Below are positions 1 to 11,052 of a stretch of DNA of 64,000 nucleotides, piece by piece. Each line of letters opens with the position of its first letter. Within the stretch, counting starts at the first letter, position 1. A model generated the notes under the pieces. The model had not been told where the DNA came from and did no database searches. It saw only the letters and a program-made list of their open reading frames with translations. Where the stretch lies: assembly GCA_002189035.1 (NCBI GenBank), contig NEEC01000017.1, positions 992,001-1,056,000 of the forward strand. The letters run 5' to 3'. Position numbers and translations under genes: made by a program. Origin of the DNA: Utricularia gibba. Its lineage: Eukaryota; Plantae; Magnoliophyta.

Positions 1-1239
1 TTTAATTTAGAACTGATATTTATAGGTTCAATTTATAATCAATAGTTACTATATGCACAAACTTACTAGTTATTGCCATCATGATACATGATTATTAGCC
101 TGAATTTTCTCCTTATAAATAGCTTGCTGAGTCATCTAATTCAAGCCTGCGATAGGTTACGTTATTTGATCCTGTTCTTTTAAGGTCGTTATCTTCTCCT
201 CTAATTCATCCATATTTTATCTCATTTCTTTATAAATGTTTTATTTATCTTCCCTCTTTTTCACTACTTCTTTTTTGTCATTTTTTGATTTTTTTTATTC
301 TTCTTCTTTGGCTACAACTTGATCTTTGGCATCACGTGATGTTGTCTCATCAATTGCATATTCTTTTTCAATGCTCTTCTCTCTTGATTAGGTCTGCAAA
401 TGCTTCTATTTTAGTGCAAATTGTCAAAAACGTCGACGTATATGTGCCTATACAACCACATGCTTTACATTTTATTACAAAACGTTCGTACACTAATAGC
501 ACAAAAGGTTTTTTTCCAAGTATGCTATCTAAAGTAGTGTTCACCCTTCAAAATTTCTCTGTTATAGTTTCCAATACATTATTCCTAGATAGTAGCATAG
601 TGGTTGTGACTCCAAGTTTTCCTTTCGATCTATTTTTAATATGCTATTTTGAATTGATTTTGTTTCAGCAACACTCTTGGGTTGGCATTTCATAGGCATA
701 ATGTGGTATCTTTCTACAAATTCTCAAAAAGGATGTAGAGAACAAAGTGAAGTTGGAAAGAAGTTATATTCAATTTCTATCAAGATCTAGATCATTTGCA
801 TGAAATTAATGCTTCAAATAACAAATACCTCCCCGATAGGTAAATGATATAAAATGTTTGTTCGACAATTTCAAGAGAAATAAAAGAACTAAAAAATTGT
901 TATTTTTTCATAAAAATTATGTTGTCCCAACCTTTCTTTCTCATTTTTCATTTTAATTTAATGCATGTAAATCCATAGGATACTAATCTTATACTCAACT
1001 TTTTCTAAATTGTATCTCTGCTGCATTTTCCAATTTGATGATTTCTATAATCTCAATGAGCCTATTTTTAATGTTCTCATAGAACTTTTTTAAGCTATAT
1101 TTGTTAAGTTTTACTTTATAATATTTTAGCACATATTTTTAGGATTAAATTACCAATTAAGAGTTATATTAAAAACTATTAGATTATTATTAAATAAATA
1201 TTCATTATGTTCTTATATATATATATATAATATATATCT

Positions 1240-2700
1240 TTGCACTGTATTTTCATGTATTATAATCAAAAAATTGTAGAAATTAAAAGTGGAGTGTGGC
1301 GGAAGGTTTCTAAGCGAGAAGGAACATTCATTTCATAACTTTTACGTAAGTTGAAATCATGGTGGATGGAAAACTTACATATAAAGAACAATTAAGGTTT
1401 CTATGCCACATCAGATTCTCAAATGATGATTATAAAGATTGATTGCACAAATGGGAAAAGTGAAAGCATAATGAAAACACACATAATGAAGAAATAGAAG
1501 TAGGGAAATTAAATGTAATTGTATATATAAATTAAAGAGTATTTCGACTTCAGACGTAGGGATCTTTGAGGACATGAATATTGTTGTTACTTGTGTTCTT
1601 CTTCTTGGAGGAAAAAGACTTTATTCTTTTATTTTTATTTCTGTTTATGATGGTTATTTGTGGCTAGAAGTTTTTTATTTTTTAAATTGATCAAGTTTTC
1701 TTTAATGTGTTAAGAATAAATTCTCAGTTACTAATTGGATCTCATTTGGATTTTAAATATTTCCATCTATAAAGTTATAAGATTTATGAAATGCCTCTTA
1801 ATTATAGTACATGAGCAGATGGCCATCATTCATGAATTTTGATGCAAAACAAGGTAAAGAGTACCATTTCCTGCACTATTCATTCAAGGGAAATACCGAA
1901 GTATTTGTGATTGAGATACTTTGTTATGGACAAATAGTGACTTTGTACCCAAAGTATTGAATATTGGCAATAATCGAGCACACTCGCAGAATTTTGTTTT
2001 GAGGACAATCGATGTTAATTCTCTTGTCCTTTCAATCATCAAATGGGGAATAACTTGAAATTATTCACATACATCTTTGTATGAGAGTGTAAATGAGCAT
2101 AGACTATGCCTTATTCATATAACCATTAATTTGAAATAAACTAGTGAAAGTCGAGAAAATGAGAGACAATGAAAAAACAGATTTTTTCTACAGGATATAC
2201 TTCACTTGATCAAATTCCATTACTTAAGTTTTATTTTTTGTTTTACTATCTTAAACCTTTCTTACAAACCTATGTTAATTTGTAATATGTTAACACAAGA
2301 CATTTTTTATAAAAACTTAAATACTTGTGATTGAAACTTGTAATATGCTTAATTGTGTTTTACATTACTTTGATATAAATTTGCTAACAAAACGACACAC
2401 AACATTTTTCATTTACAAGAAATCCCTTGTTAGCTTTTTCATTATAAATTTCGATGACACCATTTGAAAGGTCTTTCATCATAAATGGACTTATTTAATG
2501 TGATTTATATTTTCTTGGATGCAGCTCTAGCCTTAATTAGAATAATAAAAATTTCATGCCAATCTCGAAAGTTCTCTGAAAAATATGTCTGTTAATATAA
2601 CCTTTATTCCAAATTTTGAATAATTTTGAGCCTTTATACACATCATTCCCCTAGTTTTATACCGATTCTAACTTTGAGTCTCATTGTTGAATATCTTTTG
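1240..2700 (+). mobile_element. Highly degenerate MuDR/MULE transposase relic
   Basis: Stop-riddled fragments resemble MULE motifs: HRLCLIHITINLK at 2098 (HxxCxxH..N motif) and FDINLLTK...FHLQEIPC at ~2370-2430 (SWIM-like). No ORF or TIR found; boundaries approximate. Confidence 0.3.
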
Positions 2701-3361
2701 ATTTCTTTTTATCTTTGTCATATGATACTAAGTTTCAGCACTATTAGTAATGCATATGATTTTTGGTACTTTGATTGTTAGGTTTAATTTTTTGTAATAT
2801 CGGGGTTCCTTAGAGCATTAATATAAAAAAAATTTACTTTTGAATTTATGAAATTTAAGTTTCTTATATACATTGCTAAATCAAATAATTAATCTATTTC
2901 ACAAAGGCCATCTATTTAATTATCATAAGAGTAAGAAAATTTTAATCATAAAAATTATAGCAGGAGTTCGTCTTCTAGTTAAAAAGAATCTATATTAAAT
3001 ATAGTCGATGATTACTTGAGTAATTTTTTTCTAAATCCAAGTTTACTTTCAATGCACAATCGTTTCAAAAAGAGTATGTGTTATTTTTAATACTTGGTGA
3101 TAATCCTTTTAGTAGTACTGAAAATCCTAGCTAAATTTATTTCAAAGAAAAAAAATGCAATGTTCACTTGATTGTTTGAAAGAAAAAGCATGTTTAATCT
3201 AATTATTTTCTTCTCTGAAATGTATGTTTTGTCTCATTGCCCACTCTTGTTGCAGTTGTAATGATGAAGTTTATATAATTATTACTGCTTTAGAATTGAT
3301 GACAAATAGATGATGTAAAAAATGATTCTGATACTGATATCATTCAAATCACCGTACGCGA

Positions 3362-3829
3362 TGTTGCGAATTTTGTGACCAATTATCTTGTTAGTGCGAT
3401 CAAATGAGCAAAACAGAAAACTAAGTTTTAATGTGGAAAACCAAAACAGGATAAAACCATGGGTGCTCGTCACACCAGACCGAAACCGCTTCACCAGTCA
3501 CCAAGTTTCGTTTACAGGAGCAAAACAGCTCCAAGAAAACAGGCTCTACCGGCCAGATGTTCTTCCAAAAAAATGGGATGCAGTCATCACCTTCTCCATT
3601 TACAGGCTGGAGGTATGTCCAGGTGGGGGACAATTCGATCGCCGATCAAGAATTCTCAGCTGCTGAACTCCTGCTGCCCTCTTGCGACAAAAACTGCCAT
3701 CAACGGTCACACCCCTAGAGCAGATTTATATTATCATTGTTTGGGGTTTAATGCTTAAACTTAAGCTGGATTTGGACCAAGACAATTTATCTCCAGCTCA
3801 TTTGGGCTTGTGATATCGCCGGCCCAACA
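3362..3829 (-). repeat. Copia 3' LTR (468 bp)
   Basis: TGTTGCGAAT...GGCCCAACA; aligns with 20323-20801; adjacent to the PPT. Confidence 0.95.
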
Positions 3830-3842
3830 ATTCTCTCCCTCC
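3830..3842 (-). other. Copia polypurine tract
   Basis: GGAGGGAGAGAAT on the minus strand, directly next to the 3' LTR. Confidence 0.85.
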
Positions 3843-3869
3843 AGCTTATGTTTGATATGAAGTTGCAGC

Positions 3870-6800
3870 TTACATCAGTCCCAACTTGCTCATATGAGAC
3901 TGAAGTTTAGCGGAGGGTAGTAGTTTTGTAAGCACATCTGTGACATTTTCGTTGGTGTTGATCTTTTCTAGGTTGACATCTCCTGATGTAAGGACATTTC
4001 TGATCCAGTGCCATGTGACATCAATATGTTTAGTTCTAGAATGGAAGGTTGCGTTCTTGATGAGTTGGATGGTACTTTGACAATCAGAGTATACTATAGG
4101 CTTTTCTTTCTGGAGGCCAAACTCATCCATGATCCTTCCGAACCACAGGGCTTCCTTCACACCCTCTGTTAAGGCCATATACTCAGCCTCTATTGTGGAC
4201 AGAGCAACTGTTTTTTGCAGGCGTGAGCTCCATGTAACAGCAGCTCCAACAACCACACTGACCATTCATGTTGTTGATTTTCTTGAGTCAATATCTCCTG
4301 CCATATCAGCGTGTATGTACACTTGAGGGCTGATGTTTCCTTTTCCATAGCTCAGCTTGTAGTCTCTTGTACCTTTAACATAACGCAGCGACCATTTTAC
4401 ACTTTCCCAATGTTGTTTTCCAGGGTTCTCCATATACTTGCTTATCATACTTACAGCATATGCTATATCTGGTCGAGTGCAGATCATGAGATACATCAGT
4501 GATCCAATGGCAGAGGAGTAAGGTACTTGTTTCATTACCTCCCTTTCAGCTTCACTTTTGGGACACATAAGGGACGAGAGTTTCAAGTGTCCAGGGAGTG
4601 GTCTCAACACTGGTTTTGCTCCATCCATCCGGAATTTCTTAAGGATAGAATCAATGTAATTACTCTGAGATAGGCTCAAGATCATCTTGGCTCTATCTTT
4701 GGTGATCCTTATTCCTAAGATTTTCCTAGCCTTGCCCAGATCTTTCATCTCAAAGACAATGGCCATTTCTTTCTTCAGCTCTCGAACTAGTGACATATTT
4801 GTACTGGTAATGAGCATATCATCTACATACAAGAGCAAGAAGATGCATTCACCTTTGTCATTTTTCTTCCAGTAAGCACACTGATCTCCTTCACACCTTT
4901 TGAATCCAATGTTTTCCATGAAGGTATTAAATTTGTGATAGCACTGGCGAGGTGCCTGCTTTAGTCCATACAGACTTCTTCTAAGTCCGCACACGAGATC
5001 TTCTTTTACATGTTCTGAAAAACTTTCAACTTGCCTCATATATAGTTCTTCATCAAGGTCACAATGTAGCAATGCGGCTTTGATATCTAGCGGTTCAAGT
5101 TCCCAGTACAGATGGGCTGTTAGGGACAATATGAGTCTTACCATGTTCAACTTCACAACTGGAGAGAAAATTTCTTCATAGTCTAAGCCCTTTTTCTGCC
5201 GGTACCCTTTTACAACTATCCTTGCTTTATATCTGTACTACCGTCAAGGTTGTGTTTCAGCTTAAATATCCATCGATTTTCTAGAGGAGTTTTTCCAACA
5301 GGCAGTTTTACAAGGTCATAGGTGCTGTTTTTCCTTAAAGACGTCATTTCTTCATGCATTGCCTCCATCCATTTCTCTCTTTCAAGTGAGCTCAGGGCTT
5401 CCCTTACTGTCTGCGGTTCTCCTCTTCAGTTATTAAAGCAACATCAACCAAGTCTTCCCTGCTCAGGTCATATTTTGTTTTAGGATATCTTGATGAGGGA
5501 ACATGTTGTCTCGAAGATCTTCTCACATTAGGCACTTCTCTTTGATTTGAGTTCTCAACAGGTTGGGGAGTTGGTTTTGGTTCTAAGGGCCTACTTGGTG
5601 AACTAGGGTAGTGCAGCATTTCTGGATTTTCAAGTGTTAATTTTACCTTCATTACCTAATCCATGCCATTTTGTCCTGGTATGTCAAGGATAGTTTCAGC
5701 TTCCAAAAATCTCACATCCCTGGACTAGATTAATTTTTGGTTGATGGGGTCCCATAATCTATAACCCATTTGATCTCCTCCATGCCCAAAAATATGCAGA
5801 CTTGTGATCTTTCATCCAGCTTATGTCTGTGGTCCTTCAAGATATGAGCATAGGCCTTGTAGCCAAATACCAGCAGTTGATTATAGCTTGGTGCCCTTCC
5901 CATCCATACTTCTTGTGGAAATTTGAATTTGAGTGCTGTTTTAGGTGATTTATTCGATAAGTAGCAGGCTCTATGCCAAGCCTCCCCCCAAAAATGGTTG
6001 GGGAGTTTTGCTTATTTAAGCATAGATCTCACTTTTTCAAGAAGGGTTCGATTAAACCTTTCAGCCACAGCATTGTGGGTAGGAGTTCCAGGGACTGTGG
6101 CAACCTTTTCCCAAACATACACAGTATTCCTCAAACTCCTGAGAACAATATTCTCCTCCGTTATCGAATTTAAACTTCTTCAGTCTTTTACCCATCTCTC
6201 TTTAAAGCCTTGGAAGCAATTCTTTGAAGCAATCAAGTACATCACTCTTCCTTTCAATCAGATAGATCCATGCCTTTCTAGAAGCGTCATCCATGAAGGA
6301 GACATAGAAGCGCTTACCAGACCATGAGGCCACATTGACAGGTTGTCCAACGTCCAATAGCATTAAGTATAGAATCTCAGTGCTTTTCTCTAGTCTACTC
6401 TTAAAAGGTACTCTATGATGCTTTTCTACGATGCAACTTTCACAGACCTTGTTTCTTGATTTTATCTTTTTGACAACTCCCTGTTGCATTAGGTGTCTCA
6501 GCCTGCGTCTACAATATGACCGAGTCTTTTATGCCACAAGGTATAGTCTGAATCACTCACACTCACCAGATTAAGACTTGATACATCATATTCAACAACT
6601 GTTTTATACAATGTTCCTTTGAGCCATCTCTTTCCCAACACAGCAGACCCCTTTAGCAATCTCCAATGACCCTTGGAAAATGTGTTGGTGAATCCAGCTT
6701 TGTCCAGGTTCTTCACTGACATGAGATTCATGCGTACATCAGGTACATGTCTCACATTTTCTAGCATGAGGACATGTCCACAATTTGTGTTTATCAGCAG

Positions 6801-6916
6801 CTCTAACAATCCTGCGATTTTTGCTTCTGAGGAGTTTCCCATTTTTATAGACCCATGATCTCCGTTTATGAGATCATCCTTTGAAGGAGTTGCATGATAG
6901 CTGGTCGCTGAGTCTC
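3870..6916 (-). pseudogene. Copia pol (protease C-part, GAG-pre-integrase, integrase, RT, RNase H) with stops and frameshifts
   Basis: DSATSYH, LWHKRLGH, FMDDASRKAWIY, LKRSLYGLKQAPRQ-like, LLYVDDML, SDCQSTIQL, RTKHIDV motifs in ORFs 6498-7079, 6202-6489, 4266-5156 and 3870-4265. Confidence 0.9.
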
Positions 6917-8221
6917 TGTTACGTGCCATTTCCTCAACAAATTTTAAATATGTAAAATGTAAGATACAAAAGAGCGTAGTACAAGTATCGATCTCGGGGA
7001 GTTGAGTTTTGCGAAAAGTGTTTTGTAGGAAACTTTCAGAAATTGTCACGGATTTGAGAAGAGGGTTTTTGAAGTACACAAAATAAAGATATAACCTAAG
7101 TAATACCTAAATAATGGACCTTGACTACGGGACGCAGTTCTTGGGAATGAGATTCTGCTTACTTGCTTTGTTTATCCTTGCCTCAAGTTTTACTGATTCC
7201 TTTCGAATAGCTAGGTATAGGAGCAAGGAATAGCCTAATCTCCCTTATACTCTGATTGACAAGGAGGCACGGGAATAGCTTCATGTGATTCCCCCTTGGA
7301 TCTTTAAGAAGACAAGAGGATTGCCGTCGATCGCTTTCAAAACCGAATTGTGCGCGTGTGTCCAGCTATTGCCAATGACCAGTGGTGAGCACGAGGTCAG
7401 TACTCGTCCATTGTCGTGGTACCTTGGTCACAAACAATTCGCTACTTCCCTCGAACAAGTAGGGTTGGAGTTAATGCTCTTCACCTTGCTCTTCATCAAA
7501 ATCTGCAAGAACTGGCCGGCTACTCATGAAATGTGACTAGGAGTTGTTACAGAAATACTACAACAAGACACATGGAAGTATATGAAATCCGGATTGAATT
7601 CAGAGAAAAACCGAGTGAAATACTCAAGACTTGGAAGCAAACTTCATCTACTCCAAAAAACTAAAGGGTTTTAGTCACAAAGAGCCATGAAAACAGAAAC
7701 GAAAATGGAAACTAAGTGTTCTTCCTCCTTTGGAGGAGAGAAAGAACCTAAAAGTTCTAAGTACCAAGACAAGTGCAAAAAGGTTCAAAAGTTCCGAAAA
7801 TAAGTGTTCCAAGTTGCTTTTATATCACTCTCCATGTGCATTAACTTCTTCAAGTCTCCTTTCCATCATTCCTTCTATCTTGCATGCGCCACCAGCTTTC
7901 CTTTGCGTGCAAGTTAGTGCTCAAACATTTCAGAAGACTCTGACATGGCGTAAGTCAAGGGCCTTGACTAGTGTCAGTCTTCCACCCACAATCGTTTCAA
8001 GTCGCATGCAAGGCATGAAAAGTCAGAGTCTGACCACCTGCAATACTCCTACCAGACTCCACGACTACCTTCTGATATATCTTGGTTGAAGTGCACAAAA
8101 AAGATAGAGAAAATATATACAAAATAGGATTTTTCTAGAAAAATCAATTACTTATCAATATAATTGGGCGACTTAACACTACATTAATACCTAATAATAA
8201 ACTATAAAATGACACTTAACA
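6917..8221 (-). repeat. Athila-type 3' LTR (1305 bp)
   Basis: TGTTACGTGCC...GACACTTAACA; aligns with the right LTR once the solo LTR is removed. Confidence 0.92.
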
Positions 8222-8240
8222 TATTCCCCCACATTTAAAT
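8222..8240 (-). other. Athila-type PPT
   Basis: TTAAATGTGGGGG on the minus strand next to the 3' LTR; a second copy TTAAGTGTGGGGAG lies at 9029-9042. Confidence 0.7.
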
Positions 8241-9083
8241 CATGCTTGTTCTCAAGTATGAAAATAATAGCAATCCATGAAAAAAGACAGAACCTAAGTC
8301 ATGATGCATTACTAAGGCACATTCATCATACAACATCCATTTACTCCAATTCTTTTCGTATCCTTCAACCAAATTAAGGCAAGCCACTCAAGTTCGCATG
8401 CATCAGATAAAGACTTAACCAATGACTACTTATACACTAACATCATCAAGATAAAAACAGCAAAAAGAACACGCTATAGTGACTAAGGACCTTTTCTTCT
8501 TCTTCTTTTTTCAGAGAGAGGTCCCTGCTTTGGGGAAGAATGTTTGGATTACAAAACCTCATATGTGGTGGCAACCACGGTTTCGCCAAACATCCTTACT
8601 TTTGAAACCCCTAATATATATATTTTTTTCTTCTTCTTCTTTTTCTTTTTTTTTCAATACTCTTTTTCGGTCCAGTCACTATAGGAACAGCAAAGATTTA
8701 TTCACAACATAATATATACATGGAATGAAAATGTAGTCATAGCTATGGTATAGTCTTTCCTAAAACATGCAACAAAAGCTTGATATCTAGAAAGAAAAAT
8801 AATTGAAGTATTTTCCTAGCAACAAGGAATTCATGAACCTAAGCATGATCAATTCTAGAAATTCTAGCATTATTCATGAAAGAAAATATACTTGAGGAGC
8901 TTAGTGGGGATTTTTTCATAAACAAAAACAAAAAAGAAAAACAAAACATTAAACACGAAAATAGAAAAAAAAATTCAATACAGTTTAATGCCCAAAAAAT
9001 ATTAGAAAATAAAAAGAAACGTAAACTCCTCCCCACACTTAATTTTGAGGATATCCTCATCATCAAGTGCAGCGGAGGGTACC

Positions 9084-10820
9084 TTAGTCATGGGGCATTC
9101 CAGAGTGTGAAGCAGTAGCCATAAAAGTGTCCAGTTTCGTGGAAAGCGCAGAAACTTGTTCTTGGAGACTCTGAATAGTTAGCAGTAGGGTATGCTTGGT
9201 TGGGTTTGATGGTGCAGTGCTCAAGGGAATGTCTGTTGGTGCAACGTAGGGATTCACAATGGAGGGAGGCATGGAAGTGATCTTACTCTTGGTACCCGCT
9301 TGTCCAAAAACAGCCTTCCCCTCAACCTCCTTCAGGTAGCTGCAAGAAAACAAGTCATCTAAATCTAGATAACGAAAATGATTATCTACCTGAGGGGTTT
9401 GTTTGTCCATGTTAACTTTCGAGTGTTGGGCAAGCTTGGTGATGAGGGAAGCAAAGGGGAGCACCCTCTCATTTTTGGCAGTGATCGAGTGGATTTGAGT
9501 TGCAATCCACAATCCAAATTTATGGGGAGCTTCTTCATCATTGCCCACATAAAGAACACGATCACCTTGGCAATGATGCTAGTGCCTTGACGGGTTGCGT
9601 TGTAACAACCTCCCAAATACCTGTTCAACACTAAAAGAGCAGGGCCCTCAAGTAATGAGCCTTGAGTTTGCGTAGAGAATATAGGGGCTCATAGACAGAC
9701 ATGGATGCATAGGCATTCAACACATTAAAATGCCTAGGATAATCACAAAATGCTTGGAGGTAATGTGTAGTGGCTAAATCAGATTCGGAAACCAAGCCTA
9801 ATGCCACATTGAAATCATTTATAGATATACGAAAATTTTTACCACTAAGAAGAAAATAAATCAAGTACATAGCAAGGGGATTTCCAACCACATCCTCAAA
9901 CACAAAAGTTGTATAAAATTCAAAAACAAGTTTGGGATATACCGGCAAGCTAATTTCAGAAAATTTACGTCACTCGGGAGAAGCATCAAATAAGCGATTA
10001 ATATCAAGAAGTAAGTTCAAATGCACTAAAGTAGGCGTATTCAATTTAAAATCAAATAAAATTTTGCGAGAAGTGAGGAGATTAAACAAAGTTGCGCTTT
10101 CTTATCTGGAAACCTCACAGTGTTTTTCATTTGAGTCTAGGCAAGGGACTCCAGTGCTCGGTCTCACCAGAATTTTTTGTGTGGGCTGAGTTGCCTCGTC
10201 AACATCCTATTCTCCAAGAAGGAACCCTAGGCATGGTCCTTCCATAGCGGCACGCTCCATTTCAGAAATCCAGAGATCCACCTCTTTATCAATGGTGATC
10301 TCTTCAGTGGCATCTTCATCCTATACTGAAGAGGGGGATGAGTGAATAATAGGATTTCTAGTTCCTTACCCTTTTCTCCAGCAAATTCCTCCGATTGTGG
10401 GGGCTGCGGGCTCTTGGGAGTAGAAATTGCTGCTGGGGAGTTTGGCACTAAAGATTCCAGCTCATCAACAACAACAGTAGCAGCAGCAGGGACTAGGTAT
10501 CACTTGAGCTACAACACCGGAGACACAAATAGTGAGGGGTATGGAGACACAAATAGTGAGGGGTATGGCCTTAACTGGAGCAAACTCCGTTGCAGCGCCT
10601 AGAGATGGCTCATGCTCAGGGGGCACAGAAGCTTCTGCTGGGTTACTGGTGCGAGACACTGGGTCCTTCGGGATGGTCCAGCAGCAGTAGGTTGGCACTT
10701 CCGAGTCCCTGCCTTAGCAGCACTTGCGCTTCGGGTAACCGGAGATGTGGGGCGTCCCAACATGGTGGGTTGGAAAATCAGAGAATTTCAGGTGGTAGAG
10801 GGAGGAATTGAAACGTAGGT
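9084..10820 (-). pseudogene. Athila env-like/ORF2 region, fragmented
   Basis: Fragments 10465-10698, 10227-10448, 9631-9948 (VYPKLVFEFYTTF), 9386-9631 and 9084-9548 (LPFASLITKLAQH) between the integrase and the PPT, as in Athila-lineage elements. 5' end approximate. Confidence 0.7.
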
Positions 10821-11052
10821 CACAACAGTGAAGTGGGGTAACGGTCGATAAAATGGGAATTTCAAAAGATATAAAGGAGATTGAGTGTAGAAACGATTAA
10901 GGGAGTAAGTGAGTGCATTGTGCAGGTGAAAGTAAAGTTACTTGGAGTAGTAGGTGATAAAAGCGAGGAAAGAGTGTCACTTACGAAATTAAAGTCATGG
11001 GTTGCCTCCCATGCAGCGTCAATATAAAGTCTTTGGTCGACTGTGACACCTG

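Noticed and set aside
285-695. 136-aa ORF in AT-rich DNA; a CKACGCIG zinc-knuckle-like string on the opposite strand (~440-470)
   Set aside because: Low-complexity translation with no recognisable family. The minus-strand motif may be TE debris but is too short to support a call.
3459-3758. Antisense ORF present in both copia LTRs (also 20402-20731)
   Set aside because: Similarity simply follows LTR identity; the N-termini differ and there is no known domain.
7730-8089. Antisense ORF open in both gypsy LTRs (also 18545-19021)
   Set aside because: Both start at TTG rather than ATG, and differences between the copies are largely non-synonymous, so there is no sign of coding constraint.
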